Source of the DNA: an uncultured Candidatus Saccharibacteria bacterium
Lineage (GTDB): Bacteria > Patescibacteriota > Minisyncoccia > Phycocordibacterales > UBA9973
Length of the DNA stretch: 64,000 nucleotides
Reading direction: 5' to 3'
Assembly: GCA_964646765.1 (NCBI GenBank)
Contig: CAZYIA010000003.1
Span: forward strand, 2,815 to 66,814
Shown here: positions 37,143-47,100 of the stretch, piece by piece
Position numbering within the stretch: position 1 is the stretch's first letter
Layout of the letters: each line of letters starts with the position of its first letter
Program-made: the position numbers and the translations under genes
Notes under the pieces: model-generated
Databases searched by the model: none
Told to the model about the DNA's origin: nothing
What the model saw: only the letters and a program-made list of their open reading frames with translations

Positions 37143-38132
37143 ATGGCTCAGCAACTCCCCGTGTATGATCTACACACGCTTCCGGAGAATCCGGAACCCC
37201 ATGGTATTTACATTCTTAAACCCAACAATTTCTCGGAAGAGTTTTACCGAGAACGAACGCGACGTAATATCGATTGGATAACTCTTGAAGAGCAAGAAAT
37301 GCTCCGCAATTCTACTGTTGGTATATTCGGTGCTGGAGGTATGGGTGGCACCATCGTTGCTATTCTTGTCCGTTTAGGTATTGGTACCGTTATTCTTTTT
37401 GAACCGGAAACGTTTGATGTTTCAAATATTAACCGTCAATTTGGTGCAACAAAGCAAACGGTAGGGAAGTCAAAAGCTTTCGAAACCGCTCGCATGGTGC
37501 GTGCTATTACTGATGATACTACTTTGATTATTGCCGACGTTGGTTTAAGTGAATCAAATTATGCTTCGCTACAACCCTTTATTACACGTTGCGATATTAT
37601 TCTTGATGAGATTGAATTTTGGGCACTTGGTTCACGGCTTATGCTTCATGACGTTGCCCGAGAGCACAACATTCCTATCATTAATTGCAATACTGTTGGT
37701 CATCGTACCAATCTTTGGTACTTTTCCCGTGCCGGCAAGTCACTTTCTGAGTGTATGCATATCACAACAAGCGATGCTTGGGTATTACAGAAACGGATCC
37801 ACAAGCAGAAGGCGGGGAAAGATGAAATTGCTTTAGTGAAAAATAAAGTGATGAAAATATTTCTGCCGGAAGTTCCGGAGTACTCCGCTACCCCTGAGTT
37901 TTGGAGCACCGCTTCTAATTGGGATACTCGAATTAACCAAGGTGAAGCCATTGTTATTGCAACAAATCCGCCTATGGCTTCAGGTTTTGCGGCTAATCAC
38001 ACGCTATTTCAATTACTACATCAAAAGTCTTCAATAAAGCGAACCTTTATTCTGCCCCCTGAAATGCCCGGGTATATCATGTTTGATGCAGCATTTATGG
38101 AAACCAAACGTATCACAACGCAATGGTGGTAA
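37143..38132 (+). CDS. ThiF/MoeB (E1-like) adenylyltransferase-family protein
   Basis: 'RTRRNI.WIT.EEQEMLRNSTV.IFGAGGMGG', 'FDVSNINRQ', 'GKSKA'. Confidence 0.88.
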   Translation: MAQQLPVYDLHTLPENPEPHGIYILKPNNFSEEFYRERTRRNIDWITLEEQEMLRNSTVGIFGAGGMGGTIVAILVRLGIGTVILFEPETFDVSNINRQFGATKQTVGKSKAFETARMVRAITDDTTLIIADVGLSESNYASLQPFITRCDIILDEIEFWALGSRLMLHDVAREHNIPIINCNTVGHRTNLWYFSRAGKSLSECMHITTSDAWVLQKRIHKQKAGKDEIALVKNKVMKIFLPEVPEYSATPEFWSTASNWDTRINQGEAIVIATNPPMASGFAANHTLFQLLHQKSSIKRTFILPPEMPGYIMFDAAFMETKRITTQWW

Positions 38133-38159
38133 TTCTTTCAACCAAAAATCCCTCTGACA

Positions 38160-38768
38160 ATGGAACAAGAATACATAATCCGCATACCCCACACTACTGA
38201 AGAACGTGACCGCGCAATTGAATACGTTTCTTCTCATATGTACAAGAAGCACGGTGGTCATCCACCTAAAGAAACTACCCCTCCGCATCTTTTTATCGCC
38301 CTCGATGGCGCGGAAGTTGTTGGTGCTGTTGGTATAGAATTTGGCACCAAAGATACCCCGTTACCGTTTGAAGAGCTTTACCTGTTTACTCAAGAGATGC
38401 TTCCTGTACAGTATCAGCGCGAAAAAACAATTTACTACTCTCGATGGAATTCGTCCCGCCCCAATATTGGTCCACCACTCTGGCTTGCTGCAACTGAATA
38501 CGCACTTTCTTGCGGCATAGTACATGGCGTTGCTATTACTAAAAAAGACATGGTTGCTTACTGTAAACAATCGCTTGGTTTTGATTGGCGAATTGTGTCT
38601 GGGGCAACCATTAACTCCCAGTACGTTCAGGCTAATGAAACAATTTATTTTTTTAGCCAAAATCCACCTCTCTTATGCTTCAGCGTCTTACCTGATGATG
38701 TTCTACTTCTCCGCATCCTCGTTCGCGATATTTGCCTTAAGCAACGAATTCATGTTGAGCTTCCTTAA
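38160..38768 (+). CDS. GNAT-fold acyltransferase-like protein (thermostable hemolysin/FeeM/LuxI-like)
   Basis: 'ERDRAIEYV…Y.K.HG', 'VVGAVGI', 'LPFEELY'; judged by motif resemblance only. Confidence 0.6.
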   Translation: MEQEYIIRIPHTTEERDRAIEYVSSHMYKKHGGHPPKETTPPHLFIALDGAEVVGAVGIEFGTKDTPLPFEELYLFTQEMLPVQYQREKTIYYSRWNSSRPNIGPPLWLAATEYALSCGIVHGVAITKKDMVAYCKQSLGFDWRIVSGATINSQYVQANETIYFFSQNPPLLCFSVLPDDVLLLRILVRDICLKQRIHVELP

Positions 38769-38846
38769 CCTTTCTGGGGCCCGTCTATCTGATAGTACGG
38801 GCCTCTCTTTATCTTCAGAGTTTTTACAATGTTACAATATTCTCCA

Positions 38847-40823
38847 ATGCCATTTATTACTCAAGAAACGGTACTCGTGATCGTAAGCTCTTTTAACCTA
38901 TGTATTGGGATCTTTGTGTTTTGGTATCGGCCAGAACGTATCGTAAATCGAATGCTCTGTGCGATAACTCTCGGTATTGCGCTATGGGGCTTTGGGCTCA
39001 CACTACTCACTGAAACACATGATTTTTCATATAACACCGTAATGTTTTACGGTTTCTCACTCTTTATTTTTGGCTTTGTTACGTTTGCTCGGACGTTTCC
39101 CAACACTACTTTTATTCCAAAAAAATTTTATCTTATTTTTCTTCCGCTTGCCGGTGTTCCACTCGCGGCCTTATTTGGTTGGATTATAAAAAGTGCAACC
39201 TATGACATAAGCAATCATCCAGCACCAGTAAATGGTCCACTCTTTCCGTTTTTTGTGGCGCTATCGCTTTTTTATTTTTTGCTTGGCTTTTATTTTTTCA
39301 GACGCACGTATCGAACTTCTGTTGGTGTTGCTCGTATCCAAATCTATTATTTACTGTTCGGTCTTGGGGTACTCCTGCTTTCGACACTCATTTTTGACAT
39401 GCTCTTACCAATTCTTGGTGTTTTTAAACTTAATTTCTTAGGACCCATCTCATCTATCGTTCTTACCGGGATGACCGCTTATGCGATTGTGCGACACCAA
39501 CTTATGGATATTCGTATTATCATCCAACGCTCACTCATTTATGCGATTCTTCTAGGGCTCACGGTTGCATTCTATCTTGCTTCCGTTTCTCTTATTGGTT
39601 TTTTGTTTAATAGTGCGACAGGTACCAGTACTCTTCTTGGAGGTGCAATTACCACGTTGTTCGGTATTTTTACGGTGCCGCTGCTCGAACAATACTTTCG
39701 AAAAATCACTGACCCAATCTTTTTTAAAGATCACTATAACTATGCAGAAGCATTGCATCAGCTTTCAAAGATTTTATATACCAGTGTTCGGCAAGGGGAT
39801 ATTATGCGAGATACCTCAGCACTACTTCGAACACTTTTTAAAACTGAATATGTAGCATTCCGACTTATTGCTGAGAGCACCACATGTCCCTTTCCACCTA
39901 AGCAGGTAGCACTCATAGTTCCTATCCTCTTTGAACAAAAAGAAATTGGCCAACTTGAACTTGGCGAAAAACGTTCAGGAGAACGGTATAGTGCAGAGGA
40001 TCATAAACTTCTAGAAACCTTCGTCTTTCAAGCGGCGGTGGCTCTTGAGAAAGCAAAATTATATGAAAAAGTAGAAGAATATTCAGGAACACTTGAGCAG
40101 CTTGTTGAAAATCGTACTCAAGAAATTAGAAAACTTCAGGAAGACCAGAAGCAAACTATGATTGATATTTCTCATAATCTTCAAACTCCACTGGCAATTA
40201 TTCGCGGTGAACTCGAGCTTGTTACAGAGTCAGCTATGGATGCTGACAAAGTGCGCACGGTTAAAAAATCGCTCGACCGGGTATCACAATTTATTCGCCA
40301 GCTCTTACATTTGGCCAAGCTTGATAACTCCGCGTTTGCTGTGCGAAAAGAACCCGTTAATCTTACAACACTTGTGCGTGACCAAGCTGAGTACTTTGAG
40401 GTTATGGCAAACGAACAAGGAGTAGAGATCAAAACAACTCTTACTCCCAACGTATACAGTATTGGTGATAAACGATTACTCGAGGAACTCCTCACCAATT
40501 TGGTCGCCAACTCTCTCAAGTATCGACGTACTGACGTGGCAAGTCATGTTGAAATTTCCCTCACAAAAAATCAAACAGATATTATTCTTAGTGTTCGTGA
40601 TAATGGCTTAGGTATTCAAAAAGATATACTGCCTAATATTTTTACTCGTTATGTCACAGCTCGATCGTCGCCCAACTTAGAAAGTACCGGGCTCGGGCTC
40701 GCTATTTGTAAAAAGATAGTCCTGCGACACGAGGGGACAATTAGCGCAACTAGCCAGCCAGGGAAAGGGACTGAAGTTACTATTACCTTTCCACTTAGTT
40801 CTCATAATCCAGAAAAAGCTTGA
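38847..40823 (+). CDS. Sensor histidine kinase with N-terminal multi-TM (HisKA_7TM-like) domain and GAF-like region
   Basis: Many TM helices, 'YAIVRHQLMDIRIII', H-box 'SHNLQTPL', 'NLVANSLKY', 'DNGLGI', 'GLGLAI'. Confidence 0.93.
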   Translation: MPFITQETVLVIVSSFNLCIGIFVFWYRPERIVNRMLCAITLGIALWGFGLTLLTETHDFSYNTVMFYGFSLFIFGFVTFARTFPNTTFIPKKFYLIFLPLAGVPLAALFGWIIKSATYDISNHPAPVNGPLFPFFVALSLFYFLLGFYFFRRTYRTSVGVARIQIYYLLFGLGVLLLSTLIFDMLLPILGVFKLNFLGPISSIVLTGMTAYAIVRHQLMDIRIIIQRSLIYAILLGLTVAFYLASVSLIGFLFNSATGTSTLLGGAITTLFGIFTVPLLEQYFRKITDPIFFKDHYNYAEALHQLSKILYTSVRQGDIMRDTSALLRTLFKTEYVAFRLIAESTTCPFPPKQVALIVPILFEQKEIGQLELGEKRSGERYSAEDHKLLETFVFQAAVALEKAKLYEKVEEYSGTLEQLVENRTQEIRKLQEDQKQTMIDISHNLQTPLAIIRGELELVTESAMDADKVRTVKKSLDRVSQFIRQLLHLAKLDNSAFAVRKEPVNLTTLVRDQAEYFEVMANEQGVEIKTTLTPNVYSIGDKRLLEELLTNLVANSLKYRRTDVASHVEISLTKNQTDIILSVRDNGLGIQKDILPNIFTRYVTARSSPNLESTGLGLAICKKIVLRHEGTISATSQPGKGTEVTITFPLSSHNPEKA

Positions 40824-40968
40824 AAAATAAGGTGATTTATGCTACACTCGCAACACGAACAATTTAAGAGTTTCCCAATACTGCGCCGGGAAAGCGCTCT
40901 TTCTTTTGTTCGTATCTATTTTCATTATTTCAAAATTTAAAAATTCAGATTTAAACCCCAAGACAGTT

Positions 40969-41352
40969 ATGATGACATTACTTACCATTACGGCACACGT
41001 TGCCCCGCTAATTTTTTTGTTGACCCTCGTTTGCTTGATTGGCAATTCGCGTATCGCGAACCATCAACTTAATGGGCAATTTACCTTAGGTTTTTGCATA
41101 TCCCTTAGTGTATTCTCGCTTTTTGGCATTTTCGCCAGTATAAAAGCCAGTCTTCCTAACGCATATGCAGTATCCTATGCAGCGTTTACCCTCGGTAACG
41201 CCTGGGTGGTATTCCAAATATACTTTGGCATATCAAAGGTTTCTAAAGAAGAAGCAGAGCAGCAAACTCTTATTGCTCCCGTGCCTGTTGGCAGAGACTG
41301 GGACCCACGTTCCACTCAAAACAAAGAACATTCCGCTTCAGTAGAAGCATAG
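40969..41352 (+). CDS. Three-TM hypothetical protein
   Basis: Hydrophobic ORF with an upstream promoter TTGAAA-N17-TACACT (40820-40848). Confidence 0.55.
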   Translation: MMTLLTITAHVAPLIFLLTLVCLIGNSRIANHQLNGQFTLGFCISLSVFSLFGIFASIKASLPNAYAVSYAAFTLGNAWVVFQIYFGISKVSKEEAEQQTLIAPVPVGRDWDPRSTQNKEHSASVEA

Positions 41353-41404
41353 TTATTTTAGGCGCAGAAATTTGTAATTCCCGGAGGTTGCCCTTCGGGA
41401 ATTA

Positions 41405-42076
41405 TTATTTTGCCACAAACGGATTGAAGTTTGTTTCCGTATCGTAGTAGTCCTCTTGTTCGTTTTTCTTCAGGAAACCAACGACGGCGTAGGTAATTGG
41501 AGTGAAGATAATTTCTACTCCCGTTTTAAAGAGGTAATTTGAGATGATGAGTGTTATCAAAAGTGAGTTTGGCAAGATGCCGAAAAAAGCGATAACAATA
41601 AAAAGTGCGCTATCGATGAGTTCACCAACAACTGTTGAACCGATTGTGCGGGTCCAAAGAGCATTTCCTTTCGTCCAGATTTTCATTTTGGCCAAAATGT
41701 AGGAGTTCGAAAATTCGCCGGCAAAGTAGGCAATGAGGCTTGCGATAACTAAGCGAGGAGTGAGGCCCAAAATAGCATCGTATGCTGCTTGGTTATTCCA
41801 ATCAGCCGCCGCTGGCAGTTTACCAACAACGATAAAGATGACTGACATTAAAAGTGCACAGAAAAATCCAAGCCAGATAGTTTGGCGGGAGCGCTTATAG
41901 CCATACACTTCAGTGAGAATGTCACCAAAGATGTATGAGAGTGGGAAGAGGAGAGTTCCCGCATCAAAGGTAAACCAGCCGAAGTCGACAATTTTAGTTG
42001 AAGCGACGTTTGAAATAAGTAGTACCGCGACAAAGAAAACGCTGATCGCGGTTAAATAATTGTATGATTTTTGCAT
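41405..42076 (-). CDS. Queuosine precursor transporter (YhhQ/VUT family)
   Basis: 'FPLSYIFGDILTEVYGY', 'ASLIAYFAGEF', 'RTIGSTVVGELIDS'. Confidence 0.92.
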   Translation of the reverse strand: MQKSYNYLTAISVFFVAVLLISNVASTKIVDFGWFTFDAGTLLFPLSYIFGDILTEVYGYKRSRQTIWLGFFCALLMSVIFIVVGKLPAAADWNNQAAYDAILGLTPRLVIASLIAYFAGEFSNSYILAKMKIWTKGNALWTRTIGSTVVGELIDSALFIVIAFFGILPNSLLITLIISNYLFKTGVEIIFTPITYAVVGFLKKNEQEDYYDTETNFNPFVAK

Positions 42077-42085
42077 AGGGTGAGC

Positions 42086-42715
42086 TTAGCGTACTTGCTC
42101 GCGGATCACAACTTTTCCTTTACCAATTTTCTTGATCTTAGTAGGGAATGTTTCAGTATCAAATTCCAGTGCTGTTATTGTATCAATTCCAACACCAAAA
42201 CGTACCGGCGCTTCTTCCATGTCGAGTTCGAGAATTTTTTCTCGCTTTCTTTGGGTGTAGTGGGCCTCAATGGCAGTATCTTTGATCAAGTTTAATCCTT
42301 TCGCCATTTTGCTTTTAGGATCGCTTCCTGAAACACGAAAATAAGCGCCAAGCATTTTCGCTCCTGCGGACTCGCCGATAATGCACGAAGCATTTTTAAT
42401 AAGTCGAACTAATTTTGGGTTTTTCTTAAGAACCGCATGTAAGTTCATGATGCTACTTCCGCCACTGATGAAAATGAGTGGATTTTTTACCTTCGCCATA
42501 TCCACTTTGTTTTCTGAGTTTAGGTAAATGATCCCTGGATGTTTGATGTTTTTATGATACCAATCTCCTTGCCACTCCGGTTCTTTGGTTGTTACTCGAG
42601 CTGATGGGATATGAAGAACTTGCTTCGGTTTTTCCCGTTTGATAACTCGCTCAATCATTTTCATTTCTTTTATTCCTTCGCCTGTTTCTGCACCGCCGAA
42701 AAGTATAACTTTCAT
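42086..42715 (-). CDS. Peptidase S51 / type 1 glutamine amidotransferase-like protein
   Basis: 'IFISGG', nucleophile 'GESAGA', 'AHYTQRKR', 'GIDT'. Confidence 0.8.
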   Translation of the reverse strand: MKVILFGGAETGEGIKEMKMIERVIKREKPKQVLHIPSARVTTKEPEWQGDWYHKNIKHPGIIYLNSENKVDMAKVKNPLIFISGGSSIMNLHAVLKKNPKLVRLIKNASCIIGESAGAKMLGAYFRVSGSDPKSKMAKGLNLIKDTAIEAHYTQRKREKILELDMEEAPVRFGVGIDTITALEFDTETFPTKIKKIGKGKVVIREQVR

Positions 42716-42821
42716 AGTCTGTATACTACCGTAGTTCTATAGGGTCGCAAACAAGAGGAAAAACGTTTTCTTTGCTTAGAATCCCTAGGGTTACCTGATA
42801 TACTTCCTACATATAACACGT

Positions 42822-45614
42822 ATGAAAATATCCCACCTTCGATCGCTCGTAGTCGCCTTTATTATTTTAGTAGCGTTCAGTTTCACTACTCAGCAAGCGT
42901 ATGCTTTCTCAGGTGGGTCGGGTACCGATGGTGATCCGTATCAAATGACGACGTGTGCTGATTTTGAAAGTATGCTCTCTAGTCCAATGGCGTCGTTTAT
43001 TTTTGAAAACGATATCGACTGTACTGCGGATGGAAATGCGGTTGGCTTCGCCACTATTTTTGGAGGGCACATTAATGGTAATGGTCACAAATTAACCTAC
43101 GCACTTACTACAACCGGTCCGTCATCATCATGGGCGCTCATTGAGGATTTCTCAGGGATTATTGAAAATTTGTGGGTTGATGGCACCGTTACCGACACCT
43201 ATGGTTCTGATGTATTGAGTGGCCTTATCTATAGTATGGATAGTGGAACCATTTCGAATGTAAAAAATACGGTTACGATTGTTGGTGGCACAGGAACCGG
43301 CTTGGTTGGTGGTTTTGCGTCCTATATGCAGGGCGGAACTATTGAAGATTCCTACTTTAGCGGAAGTATTGTTACTAACGGCGATACTGTTGGTGGTTTA
43401 GTTGGCCGAATGAACGCGGGAACAATTACTAATTCCTATGCCGCTGGAACCGTTGAAGGGGTTAATAATGTCGGTGGGCTGGTTGGTTACTTAGATAGCG
43501 GAACCATTACTAACAGTTTTGCGTCACCAACAATGAGTGGGACAACCCTCGGTGGTTTAGTTGGTTGGTATCAGAGCATGGTTGGCGGGGGAGTATTTTC
43601 GGGAGATTATTGGGACATTACTCGTACCACACAAACAACATGTAATCAGCAAGGCGATATCATTTCCGGTTGTACTGGTGTAAATAGTGGAAGCAGTAGC
43701 CCGAACTATTTTACCGACAATACTAATGCGCCACTTTCAGCATGGAACACTTCTACCTGGACGTTCTCGCCCGGAAATAGTCTTCCCGAATTAACCCTGT
43801 TTTCTTCAGATTCAACATCATTTATTACTACCTGGAAAACTAATAACCCAGGTGTATCAGCGAATAACCAAATTACTATCCCAACCTTTTCTGGGGCAAC
43901 ATATAACTACAACGTTGATTGGGGCGATGGAGAGACAGACACTGGAGTAACCGGGAATATAACGCATACTTATGCGACAGCTGGAACGTACACAGTAAAA
44001 ATTTCTGGAACGTTCCCGCGCATTTATTTTGATGATGGCGGGTATACTGACGCACAAAAAATTCTTTCGATCGAGCAATGGGGAAATAATCCATGGACTT
44101 CTTTTGGTAATTCCTTTGCTGGTTGTATTAACCTTATTTTGAACGCAACTGATACACCCGATCTCTCAAACGTGACCGATATGGGATATATGTTCCTCAA
44201 TGCCACTTCTCTAAATACCGACATCCACACTTGGGACGTTTCTCATGTGCAAAGTATGTATGGAACATTTCAAAGTGCAACCTCATTCAATCAACCACTC
44301 AACAGTTGGAATGTTTCAAACGTTGTGAACATGGGCTATATGTTTGAAAATGCCACTCACTTCAATCAAGATCTCAGTTCCTGGAATACTTCAAATGTCA
44401 CTGAAATGGATTCCATGTTTAACCAAGCAAGTAACTTCAATCAGGATCTCAGCAATTGGGATGTTTCGCACGTAGTAAATATGGGAGCCATGTTTTATGC
44501 AGCGTATGCGTTTGATAACGGCGGAGTGGCACTTACCTGGAATACGGCGAGTGCACAGTATATGAATGGAATGTTTAATTTGTCGCAGTTCAATCAAGAC
44601 ATTAGTTCTTGGGATGTTTCGCACGTGACTACATTTGCAAGTATGTTTAACGCCGACCATGCATTCAATCAGGATATTAGCGGCTGGGATGTTTCGCATG
44701 CCAACGATATGAATTTAATGTTCTATGCCGCTAACGCTTTCAACCAAGACCTCAGTTCTTGGGATGTCTCACATGTGACGGATCTGAGCGGTATGTTTTA
44801 CTTTGCAACCTCATTCAATCAACCGCTCAACAGTTGGAATGTTTCAAGCGCTACCAACATGGCATACATGTTTGCAAACGCAAGTGCCTTCAATCAAAAT
44901 CTTGGTAACTGGAACGTATCGCACGTGACCAATATGGACACTATGTTTGGTGATGCTAGTTCGTTTGATCAAGATATAAGTTCATGGAATATTTCGCATG
45001 TAACAAACATGCTCGGCATGTTTACAAACGTAACGCTCTCCACTGCTCACTATGATGCGCTCCTTACCTCGTGGTCGGTAGAATCGCCAGAGTCCGGAGT
45101 ATCCTTTACCGCGGGTAACAGTTTGTATTGTTCTTCTGTCGAAGCTGCTCGTCGCATACTCACAACGACGTATAGTTGGGCGATCACTGACGGGGGAGTA
45201 GATGGCAGTTGTCCTACAGTTTCTTCAGGTGGCAGCAGTGGTGTCGTTCCCGTCTGGATTTTGCAATCTATGAGTGACCAACTACGTGCAGCTCAGACGG
45301 CTTCTCAGTCAACGAGCGCGGTACCTGCCAATCCAATACCTTCTACCACCGATGCATTTGTGTTTACAAAATATCTCAAGCTCGGGATGACTGACAGCCA
45401 GGTTAAAAAGTTGCAAGCATTCCTCAATGCGCACGGTGCACAAGTTTCAGCAAGTGGAGATGGTGCCCCTGGACACGAAACAACTTCTTTTGGAAAGAAA
45501 ACGCTTAAGGCTCTCGCTCTCTACCAAAAAGCAAATGGTATCAAGCCATCATCAGGATATTTTGGTCCGGTCACAATGAAGCTCGTCAACCAGTTACTCT
45601 CTCAGGAAAAGTAA
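42822..45614 (+). CDS. Surface protein with GLUG-like region, PKD-like domain, BspA/DUF285 repeats and C-terminal peptidoglycan-binding domain
   Basis: Signal peptide; 'VGGLVG' repeats; 'VDWGDG'; about 11 repeats of 'FNQDLSSWDVSHVTNM..MF'; 'G.FGP.T' PG-binding tail. Confidence 0.9.
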   Translation: MKISHLRSLVVAFIILVAFSFTTQQAYAFSGGSGTDGDPYQMTTCADFESMLSSPMASFIFENDIDCTADGNAVGFATIFGGHINGNGHKLTYALTTTGPSSSWALIEDFSGIIENLWVDGTVTDTYGSDVLSGLIYSMDSGTISNVKNTVTIVGGTGTGLVGGFASYMQGGTIEDSYFSGSIVTNGDTVGGLVGRMNAGTITNSYAAGTVEGVNNVGGLVGYLDSGTITNSFASPTMSGTTLGGLVGWYQSMVGGGVFSGDYWDITRTTQTTCNQQGDIISGCTGVNSGSSSPNYFTDNTNAPLSAWNTSTWTFSPGNSLPELTLFSSDSTSFITTWKTNNPGVSANNQITIPTFSGATYNYNVDWGDGETDTGVTGNITHTYATAGTYTVKISGTFPRIYFDDGGYTDAQKILSIEQWGNNPWTSFGNSFAGCINLILNATDTPDLSNVTDMGYMFLNATSLNTDIHTWDVSHVQSMYGTFQSATSFNQPLNSWNVSNVVNMGYMFENATHFNQDLSSWNTSNVTEMDSMFNQASNFNQDLSNWDVSHVVNMGAMFYAAYAFDNGGVALTWNTASAQYMNGMFNLSQFNQDISSWDVSHVTTFASMFNADHAFNQDISGWDVSHANDMNLMFYAANAFNQDLSSWDVSHVTDLSGMFYFATSFNQPLNSWNVSSATNMAYMFANASAFNQNLGNWNVSHVTNMDTMFGDASSFDQDISSWNISHVTNMLGMFTNVTLSTAHYDALLTSWSVESPESGVSFTAGNSLYCSSVEAARRILTTTYSWAITDGGVDGSCPTVSSGGSSGVVPVWILQSMSDQLRAAQTASQSTSAVPANPIPSTTDAFVFTKYLKLGMTDSQVKKLQAFLNAHGAQVSASGDGAPGHETTSFGKKTLKALALYQKANGIKPSSGYFGPVTMKLVNQLLSQEK

Positions 45615-45661
45615 CATTCTCTTGAGCCCATTCTGATTTTTGGGCAGACTCGGGTAACGGG

Positions 45662-46918
45662 TTAAGCTGTACCCCGGTTTAAATATGCGGAGTATCGAAA
45701 CATTCCAATTCCCGCAGCGATAATGGCTGCGATGCCGCCAACTGTTAGGCTGTACCGCGGGCCAAAGTGTTCTCCAATGTAACCGATGATTGGAGCGCCG
45801 ATAAGTGTGGAACCCAAAAAGGCCATGGCCCACAGTGCCATTACTTGGCCGCGCATGTGACTATCGCTATTTGATTGCATGGTGCTATTGCCCCAAGAAA
45901 TGAAACTAATGGAAAAGATACCAACGAAGAACATTCCTACAACGGCAGCATTGATATCAGGAAGCACTGAAATTACCGTAAATGTAATCCCAAATAAAAA
46001 GGCTGCGGCGATGAGCAGTTTTTGTGAAGTTTTTTTAACAAAGGCTGCACCGGCAAGGCCACCAATAATTGATCCAAGTCCCAAAGCAGTAACTAACGCT
46101 GCATACGTCGCAGCTGTTCCATGAAAAGTATTCTGAGCTAAGAGTGGTAAACTTACTGAAAATTCGTATGAGAGCGTGCCGATAATTGCCATCATTAACA
46201 GCGTGTTCGAAAGAATTGGGGAAGAGCGAACGTAGCGGAGCCCATCGAGAATGGTAAGTTTTGCGTCTCGTTTTGGTTCGCGATGAAGCTCTGAAGATCG
46301 CATGAGGGCGAGCACGATAATAACGGCGATGAATGACGCGGCGTTTAACAGAAAACAAACACCGAGCCCAACAGCCGCAATAACAGCGCCACCAATAGCT
46401 GGGCCGAGGGCGCGAGTAACACTTACTTCAGTTGCAAAGAGACTAATGGCATTAGTGATGCGATCTCTTCCAACCATTTCAGAAACAAAACTTTGCCGTG
46501 CCGGATTATCGAGAGCGTTTACTATTCCGAGACATGTTGCAAAAATGTACACCATCCACAATTGGATCGTTCCTGTTACCACTAACAATCCAAGAAGAAG
46601 AGCTAATACTCCAGAGAGACCTTGAGTAATATATAGAACACGGCGTTTCTCAAAACGATCAGCAATCAAACCTCCAAAGGGAGCAAAGAAAAGCACTGGG
46701 CCGTACTGAAGCGCCGAAACGATACCGAGCTGCGTGCCAGAGTGGGAGAGGGTAAGTACCAGCCAATCTTGTGCAATCGTTTGCATCCAAGTTCCAGAAA
46801 GAGAAATTGCTTGGCCGATGAAGTAGAGCCGGAAATTGCGAACTTCAAGTGAGTGGAACGTTTTCTTAAGAAATTGGCGGCCGTTTTCAAGAATTTTTGG
46901 AATAGTAAGAGTTTGCAT
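45662..46918 (-). CDS. MFS transporter
   Basis: 'RNFRLYFIGQAISLSGTWMQ', 'GGLIADRF', 'DNPARQSFV', about 12 TM. Confidence 0.93.
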   Translation of the reverse strand: MQTLTIPKILENGRQFLKKTFHSLEVRNFRLYFIGQAISLSGTWMQTIAQDWLVLTLSHSGTQLGIVSALQYGPVLFFAPFGGLIADRFEKRRVLYITQGLSGVLALLLGLLVVTGTIQLWMVYIFATCLGIVNALDNPARQSFVSEMVGRDRITNAISLFATEVSVTRALGPAIGGAVIAAVGLGVCFLLNAASFIAVIIVLALMRSSELHREPKRDAKLTILDGLRYVRSSPILSNTLLMMAIIGTLSYEFSVSLPLLAQNTFHGTAATYAALVTALGLGSIIGGLAGAAFVKKTSQKLLIAAAFLFGITFTVISVLPDINAAVVGMFFVGIFSISFISWGNSTMQSNSDSHMRGQVMALWAMAFLGSTLIGAPIIGYIGEHFGPRYSLTVGGIAAIIAAGIGMFRYSAYLNRGTA

Positions 46919-47015
46919 ACAGAAATGAAGTCACCATTATAGTCTCTAGTTACAGAAATGCCCAAATTTTTAATAAACATTGAAAAAAGCTTGAAAATAC
47001 TGTAGTGTATGCCGC

Positions 47016-47100
47016 GGAGGCGTGGGTGAGTGGTTTAAACCAACGGTCTTGAAAACCGTCGTGTCGAAAGGCACCGTGAGTTCGAATCTCACCGCCTCCG
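47016..47100 (+). tRNA. tRNA-Ser (TGA)
   Basis: GGAGGCG/CGCCTCC acceptor; ACGGT-CTTGAAA-ACCGT; long variable arm; GTGAG-TTCGAAT-CTCAC. Confidence 0.95.

Noticed and set aside
37038-38846. RiPP precursor peptide for the ThiF enzyme (microcin C-like)
   Set aside because: No plausible short ORF in the flanking intergenic gaps.
42077-42085. preQ1 riboswitch upstream of the queuosine precursor transporter
   Set aside because: Only 9 nt separate it from the upstream gene and no motif was seen.
44200-45020. Roughly 75-bp periodic DNA repeats that could suggest CRISPR or a DGR
   Set aside because: They are in-frame DUF285 coding repeats; no spacers, cas genes or reverse transcriptase in the window.
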